From Candidatus Bathyarchaeota archaeon (GTDB taxonomy: Archaea; Thermoproteota; Bathyarchaeia; RBG-16-48-13; JAGMEO01), in the NCBI GenBank assembly GCA_023128135.1, contig JAGMEO010000001.1, forward strand, positions 1 to 29,955: DNA of 29,955 nt, read 5' to 3'. How positions within the stretch are numbered: position 1 is the first letter of the stretch; every line of letters begins with the position of its first letter. This document shows positions 16,400 to 24,322 of this stretch, one piece after another. Under the pieces are notes generated by a model, which saw nothing but the letters and a program-made list of their open reading frames with translations, was not told the DNA's origin and did no database searches. Position numbers and translations under genes: made by a program.

Positions 16400-16708
16400 A
16401 TGGTTCAAAAAGCACGAATACGTCTCACAAGTACGAACCAGAAAAAACTGGAAGAGTTGTGTAGTGAAATTAAAGACATAGCCAGCAAGACAGGAGTTAA
16501 ACTTGCTGGACCTATTCCTTTGCCAACTAAGCGTCTGACTGTACCAACAAGAAAGTCACCATGTGGGCAAGGGACACCTACATGGGATCGATATGAAATG
16601 CGGATTCACAAGAGGCTTATCGAAGTTGAGGCTAACGAACGGACTATGAGAAGAGTAATGCGCCTTAGAGTTCCAGATGAAGTTTTTATAGAAATCACTC
16701 TTATCTAA
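16400..16708 (+). CDS. rps10: Ribosomal protein uS10
   Basis: [29 protein letters not shown]. Confidence 0.97.
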   Translation: MVQKARIRLTSTNQKKLEELCSEIKDIASKTGVKLAGPIPLPTKRLTVPTRKSPCGQGTPTWDRYEMRIHKRLIEVEANERTMRRVMRLRVPDEVFIEITLI

Positions 16709-16765
16709 TTTTTGTATTATACTATGTTCTTAACATCTCAGGCTTTAGAACACCTGTAAGGCAGT

Positions 16766-17170
16766 CTATAAGAAATTTACCTTTTTAGATATTTTCGCCT
16801 TTTTATAAACCATCCATGATGTAGCGACATCTTGAATTGCTAGGCCAGTTGAGTCAAATATTGTGATCTCATCATTAGATGTTCTCCCCTCCCTAATTCC
16901 CGTAATTACTTCCCCGATTTCAGCGTAGATGTCTTTCTGGGTTTTTAGGATGCACATTAACTATTTTCACACTGCGATATCGCTTTTCTCTAAATATGTA
17001 GCATAGTTCTAAAATCTCAATGATGTTTTTAAAGAAAACATATAACTTAGGAGGCATCTGTACCTTCCCAAACCCTTTTTCCCTGAAGGCGGGTTCTACA
17101 GCCTCCAGCGTCTCTTTCATAGTTAAGAGTGGTCTAACCTCTTTGTCTGTTAGAATTGCGACCGCGCCAT
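16766..17170 (-). pseudogene. Alanine dehydrogenase / ornithine cyclodeaminase (mu-crystallin family) pseudogene
   Basis: Fragments in different frames: ILTDKEVRPLLTMKETLEAVEPAF..GKVQMPPKLY, DFRTM, YLEKSDIA, VKIVNVHPKNP, then directly the C-terminal IYAEIGEVITGIREGR..ITIFDSTGLAIQDVA. The central NAD-binding region is missing. Confidence 0.85.
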
Positions 17171-17252
17171 TTTTTCCTTCCTTTTGAACTTACAAAAGCC
17201 GTCATAGAATCAAGATTATTAACTATCCTAATATGAATTAATTTGAGATATA

Positions 17253-17270
17253 TATTCGATTGATCGAATA
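17253..17270. promoter_or_regulatory. Perfect 8-bp inverted repeat (TATTCGAT-TG-ATCGAATA), candidate transcription factor site
   Basis: Seen directly; abuts a minus-strand TATATATC element upstream of the AlaDH/OCD pseudogene. Confidence 0.45.
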
Positions 17271-17412
17271 CTGAAACTATACAAGGCGTCATCAAGGAAT
17301 AAATAAGATATCTTTTTACAGCAGACGGTTCCCTTAGGAACACTCTACGTGGCAGTGCTAATCGGCATAAGTCGCTTTCCGATCGGTAGGGAGAAAAATT
17401 TATGTGTATTAT

Positions 17413-17514
17413 TGGCGCCGGGAAAGGGATTTGAACCCCTGAGATCCCAAAGGATCACAGACTCCCCTGATTTTTTCTCAAGGCCTGCGCTTTTATCCAC
17501 TCAGCCATCCCGGC
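17413..17514 (-). tRNA. tRNA-Ser(UGA) with 13-nt canonical intron (17464-17476); CCA encoded
   Basis: GCCGGGA..CAGGC-CT-TGA-G|AAAAAATCAGGGG|A-GTCTG, long variable arm GATCC/GGATC, G73. BHL helix CTTG/CAGG. Confidence 0.93.
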
Positions 17515-17591
17515 ATTATTAGAATGAAGCAAATCGTATTGAATAAATACTTTTTTGTCTTTCATCTCTACTTGAAGTATGGAGTTAAACC

Positions 17592-17831
17592 TTGTTGCAA
17601 TTTGATTTTCTTGAACACACCGCAGATGCCTATATTGCAGCTTATGGAAGAACCTTGGATGAAGCGTTTGAAAACGCGGCTTTAGCTATGTTCGAGATCA
17701 TAACTGATATAAAAACAATAAGACCGGGATTTCAAACCTTCGTTGTTCTTGTTTTTTATCAAAAGAGTTTTAAACCTCCAATAATACATGAGGTTCCAAT
17801 ATTTTATTCTTGTAGTTTAGGGTATCTGTAG
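17592..17831 (+). pseudogene. Archease (RtcB cofactor), truncated after about codon 45
   Basis: FDFLEHTADAYIAAYGRTLDEAFENAALAMFEIITD matches the archease N-terminus. The sequence after about 17726 is unrelated, and no frame contains the C-terminal KAxTYH motif. Confidence 0.8.
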
Positions 17832-17937
17832 GTCCCCATTTCAGAAAATTAGTTTGTGAAATACACAAACATTTTTGTTTAATAGTGTTTCTCAAGTTTA
17901 AATTTGTAAGATAAACAGAAAATTTTGCGTTTTTTTA

Positions 17938-18333
17938 TTATACTCTGCGTCCTCTGCGCCCCCCAGGTCTTCTAGTTCCATCGTGAGGTACAGGCGTTAA
18001 ATCTTCTATTCGTCCAATTCTCAACCCTGATCTTGCAAGAGCTCGTATTGCTGCTTGAGCTCCTTGACCAGGAGTTTTTGATCCTTGTCCACCAGGGGCG
18101 CGAACTTGTATGTGTATTGCATTTATTCCTTTATCTTTAGCTTTCTGAGCAGCGTTTGAGGCTGCCTGCATTGCAGCATAAGGGCTTGATTCGTATCGAT
18201 CTTGTTTCACAAACATTCCACCCGTACACATGGCTATGGTTTCTGCGCCTGTTAAATCTGTTATGTGTACTAACGTGTTATTGTATGATGAGTATATCTT
18301 TGCTAATGCCCATCGGTCTTTTGTTTTGCTCAT
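17938..18333 (-). CDS. rps11: Ribosomal protein uS11
   Basis: [43 protein letters not shown]. Confidence 0.97.
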   Translation of the reverse strand: MSKTKDRWALAKIYSSYNNTLVHITDLTGAETIAMCTGGMFVKQDRYESSPYAAMQAASNAAQKAKDKGINAIHIQVRAPGGQGSKTPGQGAQAAIRALARSGLRIGRIEDLTPVPHDGTRRPGGRRGRRV

Positions 18334-18411
18334 TATTATATCACTTTTGTTTAGTCGAATTGAGATCAGTTTGTCTTAATTTTTCTTATATAACTAGGAG
18401 TGGGTACCTTT

Positions 18412-18951
18412 TCAACTCTTAGGTACCGATGAATTTGTAAGTGCCTTCTGTATTGGGTGATCTGGTGTGGCAATGGTGCTTGTTGGTGCATATGTTAAAG
18501 TGGGTTCGTCGTCTCTTTTGACGATGTAACTTGGAAAAATAATTCTTTTTCCTTTGATAGCTATGTGTCCATGTACAATCATCTGCCTCGCCTGATGTGG
18601 TGTTTTGGCTAATCTCTGTCTGAAAACGATCATCTGAAGCCTTCTTTCTAGAAAATCTTTAATGGTTAAATCAAGTACATCAGCTAAACTTGAATTTGCA
18701 GAGATGAGACCAACAGAGAAAAGTTTTGAAAGAAGTTGTTTTTCAGCTTTACTTCGTTCTTTTCTTGTCTTTCCTTGCAGTTTTCTAGCCATAGCTCTGT
18801 ATTTTGAAAGTTTTGTATGGTGACGCCATAATTCTCGTTTATTTCTAAGTCCATAATCACCAAGAAGTCTTAGTTCAGTCTCAAGATTATCTTTTGACCA
18901 AGGATACTTTGGTGTCTCAAACTTCTTTCTTTGCCTTTTCGGGTCTCCCAT
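18412..18951 (-). CDS. rps4: Ribosomal protein uS4
   Basis: MGDPKRQRKKFETP, YGLRNKRELWR, LERRLQ, QARQMIVHGHI. Confidence 0.97.
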   Translation of the reverse strand: MGDPKRQRKKFETPKYPWSKDNLETELRLLGDYGLRNKRELWRHHTKLSKYRAMARKLQGKTRKERSKAEKQLLSKLFSVGLISANSSLADVLDLTIKDFLERRLQMIVFRQRLAKTPHQARQMIVHGHIAIKGKRIIFPSYIVKRDDEPTLTYAPTSTIATPDHPIQKALTNSSVPKS

Positions 18952-18960
18952 GTCAATAAC

Positions 18961-19437
18961 CTACTTTTTTTCTGCTCTCTTCATTGCAATGATACGTTTC
19001 TTCTTTACTCCTACCACTCTTCCTGTTCTTCCAGTGGTTTTAGTCCTCTGTCCTCTAACTTTTAAACCTAACGAGTGGCGAATGCCTTTCCTAGTTTTTA
19101 TTTTCTTCATAAAGTCAATGTTAGCCTTAACTCGGAGAACTAAATCAGAGCCTATTAGATGAGTGTTTTCTCCAGTTTGAAATTCTCTTCGATAATTTAA
19201 AAGCCAATGTGGTATTCCATGCTTGACAGGATCTTTAAGTACCTGCTCAATTTTATTCACGTCTTCATCGTTAATGTGACCAATTCTAATGTCAGGATCC
19301 GAATTTGTGATTTTAATAATCGCGTTGGCAACGTTAATGTTCACTCCCTTAATCTTTGCTAATGCAAAGCCCAATTTCTGAGAGCCGTCTAGATCAGTAC
19401 CATGGATCCTTACAATGTGACGGAGTTCTTTAGACAT
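18961..19437 (-). CDS. rps13: Ribosomal protein uS13
   Basis: RHIVRIHGTDLDG, GIRHSLGLKVRGQRTKTTGR. ATG 19437 follows a GGTGA SD. Confidence 0.96.
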   Translation of the reverse strand: MSKELRHIVRIHGTDLDGSQKLGFALAKIKGVNINVANAIIKITNSDPDIRIGHINDEDVNKIEQVLKDPVKHGIPHWLLNYRREFQTGENTHLIGSDLVLRVKANIDFMKKIKTRKGIRHSLGLKVRGQRTKTTGRTGRVVGVKKKRIIAMKRAEKK

Positions 19438-19596
19438 TTTTTCACCGCTCATTTTTATAATCGAGAATTTTGGATTCTATATAAATCTTTATCATCTATA
19501 AATTTACGAAGTTGTGTCTTAAATGATTTAAATATGATGTTATTGTGGCGCCGGGGAGGGGATTTGAACCCCTGTGACCCTGAAGGATCACAGGCT

Positions 19597-19611
19597 ACCT
19601 GGTGTTTTTGT
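19597..19611 (-). other. Canonical 37/38 intron (15 nt, BHL)
   Basis: ACAAAAACACCAGGT. CTGG/CCAG helix, bulges AA|A and GT|A. Confidence 0.9.
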
Positions 19612-19619
19612 TTCCAGGC

Positions 19620-19641
19620 TTTCGCTGTCAATTGGTGACAA
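19620..19641 (-). other. tRNA intron at 29/30 (22 nt)
   Basis: TTGTCACCAATTGACAGCGAAA. Inner hairpin TGTCA/TGACA, central helix GCGC/GCGA (3 of 4 pairs), bulges AG|T and AA|G. Confidence 0.85.
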
Positions 19642-19656
19642 CTGCGCCATACCAGA

Positions 19657-19684
19657 TTGCCCTTTCATCATCAAGTGACGAAAT
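19657..19684 (-). other. D-loop tRNA intron at 15/16 (28 nt)
   Basis: ATTTCGTCACTTGATGATGAAAGGGCAA. Helix GCCT/GGGC, bulges AG|A and AA|T, 8-bp inner hairpin TTTCGTCA/TGATGAAA. Confidence 0.87.
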
Positions 19685-19724
19685 CTAGGCGACCCCGGCT
19701 GTAAAGTTTTATAATTTCTAATCT

Positions 19725-20749
19725 TTAAACTTCCTTTTGCTTTTTTCTCCAAAGACGTGGATAAGTGCCAATTGGCATTATCACTCTTTCAATTTTTGCA
19801 GCTATACCATGATCTTCTTTCATCATTTGTTCGCTTGACATCATTGATCTTGCTAAAGCAATCAATTCTTCCTTTTGTGTAAAGATTCCAACAATATTTT
19901 GAGGTTTAATTCTTGAGTGTAATTTTAATACGCCTGGGAGAGCAAGACCAGCACCATGGCAAAGTGCATCTACCGCAGAATCGCGAACAAAAATTTTTGG
20001 GGTTAATTGAAATGCGTTTTCAACAGGTTGCACGATCTTCCTGATATAAGATTCGTCTTCTTTTTCTTCCCATAACGAGTAAGCGTAGTTTACATCGTAG
20101 AGGGTTACAAGGCTATCATCTTCTTTAAATGGGCCAGCCTGTGTCCTTCTAAGCTCAACCATATGAGCTCCAGAACCTATTACTTCTCCAATGTCAAAGC
20201 ATAGTTTTCTAATATATGTACCGGCTTGACATCCAACCCTGAAGAGGATATAATTATCTTTAAGTTCCAAGTTTTTTATGTAGTAAATTTTTCTCTTTCT
20301 AAGAACTCTTTTAACAGAGGAACGTAATGGTGGTCTCTGATAGATTTCTCCAACAAATTCATCCACAGTTTTTCTAATTTTTTTTTCCTGTATACTAGTA
20401 TGGAGACGCATGACACATACATATTCTTTCCCTGTTGTAAGAAGTATTCTCATGATTTTTGTAGCGTTTTTTAAAGTAATTGGTAGAACGCCTGTTACCT
20501 TTGGGTTTCCCCGGTTTAAGCCTCTAGGGTTCCTCCGTGTCCAGCACGTTCAATTTTTAAAATACGCTTAACCCACGCTACTACCTCATGACTTGTTGGT
20601 CCTGGCGGCTTATCTAAGTTAATGATTCCATTACGTAGATAATTTTGAATTGGTCTTTTTTCAGGGAAGCAGCCATATGTTAGATTTGTGCCTTCTTCAG
20701 ATTTAACAAGTATCTTTGACTTAACTGTCCATGGGATTAAAATATTCAA
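19725..20749 (-). CDS. cbf5: H/ACA pseudouridine synthase Cbf5; two exons (20749-20524, 20506-19725), 335 aa after splicing
   Basis: Exon 1 ..[24 protein letters not shown]. Removing 17 nt restores G|AC-CCA-AAG ([12 protein letters not shown]) in frame with exon 2 ([19 protein letters not shown] domain). TTG start after a GGAGGT SD. Confidence 0.93.
20507..20523 (-). other. Pre-mRNA BHB intron in cbf5 (17 nt)
   Basis: AGGCTTAAACCGGGGAA. Helix CCCT/GGGG, bulges AG|A and AA|A, inner GG/CC; contains an in-frame TAA. Confidence 0.88.
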
Positions 20750-20753
20750 TTGT

Positions 20754-21083
20754 TTAACCTCCTTTTTTTACTGTGTCCTTCTTTCTTGATTTTTTTACTG
20801 TCTTTTTGCCCTTTTTAGTTAAGGGTTTTTTTGGTTTGATTTCACCCTTCATTTTCTTTAGGATTTCATTGTCTGAAGCGCCTTTCTTGATCTTAATCTT
20901 CTCTTCTGTTGGTTTGATATGTCGAATGTTTACTCTTCTTCGCTTGATACCTGTCAGTTTCTTTGGGCCTGTAACAAGTACAAACGATTTATCAATAATA
21001 TCTACTATGACACACTGCTTACCCGCTTCCCTTCCCGTATTCTTAACACAGAGTCGTCCAACTTCAATTGCTGGCATTATCAT
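20754..21083 (-). CDS. rpl14e: Ribosomal protein L14e
   Basis: [47 protein letters not shown], with a Lys-rich tail. Confidence 0.95.
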   Translation of the reverse strand: MIMPAIEVGRLCVKNTGREAGKQCVIVDIIDKSFVLVTGPKKLTGIKRRRVNIRHIKPTEEKIKIKKGASDNEILKKMKGEIKPKKPLTKKGKKTVKKSRKKDTVKKGG

Positions 21084-21628
21084 TTCACCATATTATTTGA
21101 TAGATATTCCTGAATAAATATACTAATGCATTTTATGTTTGATTCTAAAGACATCAGGCTTGTGTTTATTATGAGGTCGTAAATGGAAATGTCGTTGAGG
21201 TTTACATCATATAGTTTTTTAAACCTTTTTCTCTCTGCTTTTTCACGAAACAGTGTAATTTTTTCAGCTTCTTTATAGGTTATTCCATCACGTTTTGCTA
21301 TTCTTTCGATTCTGATCTCATCTGGTGACTTTAAATATATCTTGATGTTTGCATAAGATTTTGCCATCCAGCCTGCTAAAGCACCGTCTATAATTGTTGA
21401 CCCTTTTTTAGCCTCTTTCTTGGTTCGTTCATCAATAAGCAGATCAACTTCATTACTTTTTTCTGCAATTAGAGTTAAATCTTTTACAGCAATGCCTTTG
21501 TCTTTAGCTATCTTACGGAAAAACTGTCCCGCTGATATATGTCGCAAGCCAAACTCTTTTGAAAGCGCCTTAGCATAAGTTGACTTACCTGTTCCATGTA
21601 ATCCACTAACAGTTATAACCAAATGCAC
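21080..21628 (-). CDS. cmk: Cytidylate kinase (archaeal type)
   Basis: P-loop [34 protein letters not shown]; conserved position. Confidence 0.92.
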   Translation of the reverse strand: MHLVITVSGLHGTGKSTYAKALSKEFGLRHISAGQFFRKIAKDKGIAVKDLTLIAEKSNEVDLLIDERTKKEAKKGSTIIDGALAGWMAKSYANIKIYLKSPDEIRIERIAKRDGITYKEAEKITLFREKAERKRFKKLYDVNLNDISIYDLIINTSLMSLESNIKCISIFIQEYLSNNMVK

Positions 21629-21712
21629 TTGGCGGTCACCTTGAATAATTATACTGTGAAAGTTACATAAAATTGAACATGTTTTCTTTTAAGTTGTAAA
21701 TGTTAATTTCCT

Positions 21713-22288
21713 TTATCTGAATCGCTTTTTTTTCTTCCTGATTTTTTTTGGTTGACTCTTAACCTTCGAAGGTTCTTCATCCATTTCAAATGTTACTCCA
21801 AAAAAGCGATTAAATACACTAAAAACTGCAAAATAGCAGATAAGATACCAAGTAGAGAAGGGAAGTTGTTTGGGCAACAATATTGGAAACTCGAACGGTA
21901 GTATTGCAACAAAATTTGGATCAGATGATCCGTATATTGCATTTAAGCTCATGAAAATTGCCATGAACGGGAACATGAGCAGCAGTGAGGTTTTCATTTT
22001 TTGTTTTGCTACGATTGACTGGATCCTATTTATTCTCGGTTCTTTTCTCTCCAGTTTTATTATAGCTTGTTTATCTTTCCTTTTTTTTGCTGCATTCAAA
22101 TTATTCATATGTTGTCTGACTTCAATCTCATAATTACGAAGCTGATTGACGTCTGTAAACAATCTGTTTGTAGTTATCGTAATTAAGTTAAGACTTACTG
22201 CTACGGCTAATACGAAAAGGGTTGAGTTTGGCATTGTTAGAACTGGCGAGAGAATTGAAGTTATCCATTCAATAATGCCGTCAAACAT
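21713..22288 (-). CDS. DUF106 / EMC3-TMCO1 (Oxa1 superfamily) membrane protein
   Basis: TM1, a coiled coil, then two TMs with the WYLIC motif; conserved position between adk and cmk. Confidence 0.85.
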   Translation of the reverse strand: MFDGIIEWITSILSPVLTMPNSTLFVLAVAVSLNLITITTNRLFTDVNQLRNYEIEVRQHMNNLNAAKKRKDKQAIIKLERKEPRINRIQSIVAKQKMKTSLLLMFPFMAIFMSLNAIYGSSDPNFVAILPFEFPILLPKQLPFSTWYLICYFAVFSVFNRFFGVTFEMDEEPSKVKSQPKKIRKKKKRFR

Positions 22289-22290
22289 GA

Positions 22291-22887
22291 TTATTCACGG
22301 TCTAGAAGTTTTATTATATTTAATATTTCCTTAGCGACTTTAAGCTGTTCTCCTTGTGGATTTTTCAGGATTATAACGGGAGCTCCAGTTAAAGTAGAAC
22401 ACGAAGCGGCTACAAATCTTGAAAACGCCAACTCTTCCTTAATTTCTTTAGTTAAGACTTGGTTTCTTGTTCTCGTCTTGTCTTTAGTCCGTCTTGAAAG
22501 AATTTCTTCTGGCTCAGTCTCAATTAAAAAAAGAAGATTAGGTCTCAATTTTTCTAAAACAGTTAACGGTAAACCAGGCCAATAGCCATTACCAGTTTTA
22601 ACGATCATATGTGTGTCTATTATCATAATGCCAACATTTGAGCTTCTATTTACTATTTCAATTGCTGCGTTTGCTTGAAGTCTTTGCTGTATATTTAATG
22701 GTACTTGCCTTAACATATCTCTTTCAATTTTCAAACCTTCAAGTTTAGCAACTTCTAGCATTATGAAACCATAATTAAATACTTGTAGCTTCTTTTTTTC
22801 CGGTTCAACAAGTTTGCTGAGTTCATTTAGAACTGTGGTTTTTCCAACGCCTGGAATACCCGTTACAATTATTGTTTTTTGCTTCAT
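22291..22887 (-). CDS. adkA: Adenylate kinase (archaeal AdkA)
   Basis: VTGIPGVGKTTV, IIDTHMIVKTGNGYWPGLP, EILSRRTKDKTRTR. Confidence 0.94.
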   Translation of the reverse strand: MKQKTIIVTGIPGVGKTTVLNELSKLVEPEKKKLQVFNYGFIMLEVAKLEGLKIERDMLRQVPLNIQQRLQANAAIEIVNRSSNVGIMIIDTHMIVKTGNGYWPGLPLTVLEKLRPNLLFLIETEPEEILSRRTKDKTRTRNQVLTKEIKEELAFSRFVAASCSTLTGAPVIILKNPQGEQLKVAKEILNIIKLLDRE

Positions 22888-22896
22888 TAGAATAAC

Positions 22897-24309
22897 CTAA
22901 CCCATGACTCGCCCGAGTATTGGGTACATCTCAACCATTTGTTCTTGAGCAAGTTGTTGATATAGTTGGTACAGTATCCCTACTGCAAGGAGGGCTCCCA
23001 TTCCAGTTCCAAATACTCCAAAAAAATCTGCGAGTGAAGCAACTATTGATACAATTAATCCTCCCAAAAGTGCAAGAGTAGGGATGTATCTGTTCAAAAG
23101 CTGTTGAAGAGGTTTATAGGCCCTTCTAAAACCAGGTACATGCATACCTGAATCCATGAGTTGTTTTGCAACGCTTCCAGAGTCAAGTCCTCCAACTTCA
23201 AGCCACATTCTAGCGAACATTATTCCCATGACAGCCATGAGTCCAACATAGATTAAAGCCCTAACAGGATCAGTTATTAAGGTATTAAAGTTCCTTGGGG
23301 GGATTACATAGTAAACTAGCCCACCAATTGGTTCTCGACTGGTTGCGTTATATGTTCCGATTAAATTTAACAAAAAGTTCTGGTTGTTCTGGTTAAAGTT
23401 CGACCATATTATTTGAGAGAAAAGATAGATGTTGGCGAAGAGAGCTGAAGAGAGAATTACAGGAATATTTGAGACATATAAAAGTTTCACTGGGTACTTA
23501 GCTCTATAACCTCTGAACCGTGCGTGGGCAATGGGTATCTCGACTCTAATACCTTCCAGATAGATCACAATTATAAAGACAATTACAGTCGCAATAAACC
23601 CTATCATGTCTGGAAGATTTTCTGATCTATAAAGTGCTGCCCATAATCCCGCGCCATTTAATAAAGATTGAATGAAAGCAAGAAAGGCTCCCAAAAATTT
23701 TCCATCTGGCATAGGACCTAAAGGTGCTAAACAACTCCACCAAATTTTTTGTGCCACTCCAGCTATTATAAAGAGACTTATCCCGCTTCCTATACCCCAT
23801 CCTTTCTGAACTAATTCATCTAAGAGCATGAGGATCAAGCCTACAGCGATGAGCTGGAGAAATATTATAGCAGCGGCTTCAATGGTAATGGGTCCGTATG
23901 CACCTCCAATTATGTAGACTGTTGCAGTGAAAACGGTCATGATGATAGTGAAGAATTTGGTCACACTTGTGAAAAGAGTTCTATCTTCGCTATTTCCAAA
24001 GTCAACAGATATTATTCCAGATCCAGCGAGAAGTTGTAATATAAGACCAGCTGTAACGATTGGACCAATTCCTAGTTCCATTAATGTGCCACGGTTTGAG
24101 GCAAATATTACTCTGAGATATTGGAATGGATCGACTCCTTGACCGCTTGTAATGCCAAAGAGGGGTATTTCACTCATCAGTAAATATACGACTAAAACAA
24201 GAGCGGTCCAGAGAAGTTTTTCTCCTAAATTAACTCTTCTATCAGACTTGCTGACCTCGGGCATGAAAGTTGCTATTGGTTTGAAAAATGTAAGAAAACG
24301 TCCTGGCAA
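22897..24309 (-). CDS. secY: Preprotein translocase SecY
   Basis: GTLMELGIGPIVTAGLILQLL, WGIGSGISLFI, KLLYVSNIPVIL, GTGMGALLAVGI. Confidence 0.97.
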   Translation of the reverse strand: MPGRFLTFFKPIATFMPEVSKSDRRVNLGEKLLWTALVLVVYLLMSEIPLFGITSGQGVDPFQYLRVIFASNRGTLMELGIGPIVTAGLILQLLAGSGIISVDFGNSEDRTLFTSVTKFFTIIMTVFTATVYIIGGAYGPITIEAAAIIFLQLIAVGLILMLLDELVQKGWGIGSGISLFIIAGVAQKIWWSCLAPLGPMPDGKFLGAFLAFIQSLLNGAGLWAALYRSENLPDMIGFIATVIVFIIVIYLEGIRVEIPIAHARFRGYRAKYPVKLLYVSNIPVILSSALFANIYLFSQIIWSNFNQNNQNFLLNLIGTYNATSREPIGGLVYYVIPPRNFNTLITDPVRALIYVGLMAVMGIMFARMWLEVGGLDSGSVAKQLMDSGMHVPGFRRAYKPLQQLLNRYIPTLALLGGLIVSIVASLADFFGVFGTGMGALLAVGILYQLYQQLAQEQMVEMYPILGRVMG

Positions 24310-24322
24310 CTATAATCTACCT

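Larger units (their letters stand above)
19546..19699 (-). tRNA. tRNA-Ser(GGA) with three introns: 15/16 (19657-19684), 29/30 (19620-19641), 37/38 (19597-19611); CCA encoded
   Basis: 154-nt gene that splices to 89 nt: GCCGGGG/CCCCGGC acceptor, CAGGC/GCCTG stem, loop CT-GGA-AA, long variable arm, G73. Confidence 0.92.

Noticed and set aside
17134-17343. 69-aa minus-strand ORF upstream of the AlaDH pseudogene
   Set aside because: No recognisable homology; it overlaps the pseudogene 5' end and its putative promoter.
19657-19684. TGATGA..GAAA and GTC in the 15/16 intron, resembling a box C or hammerhead core
   Set aside because: There is no box D (CTGA) and no room for hammerhead stems; the bases are explained by the BHB inner hairpin.
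19725-20749. cbf5 as a frameshifted pseudogene or programmed frameshift
   Set aside because: A precise 17-nt excision at BHB bulges restores the catalytic Asp and the frame, and both halves are well conserved.
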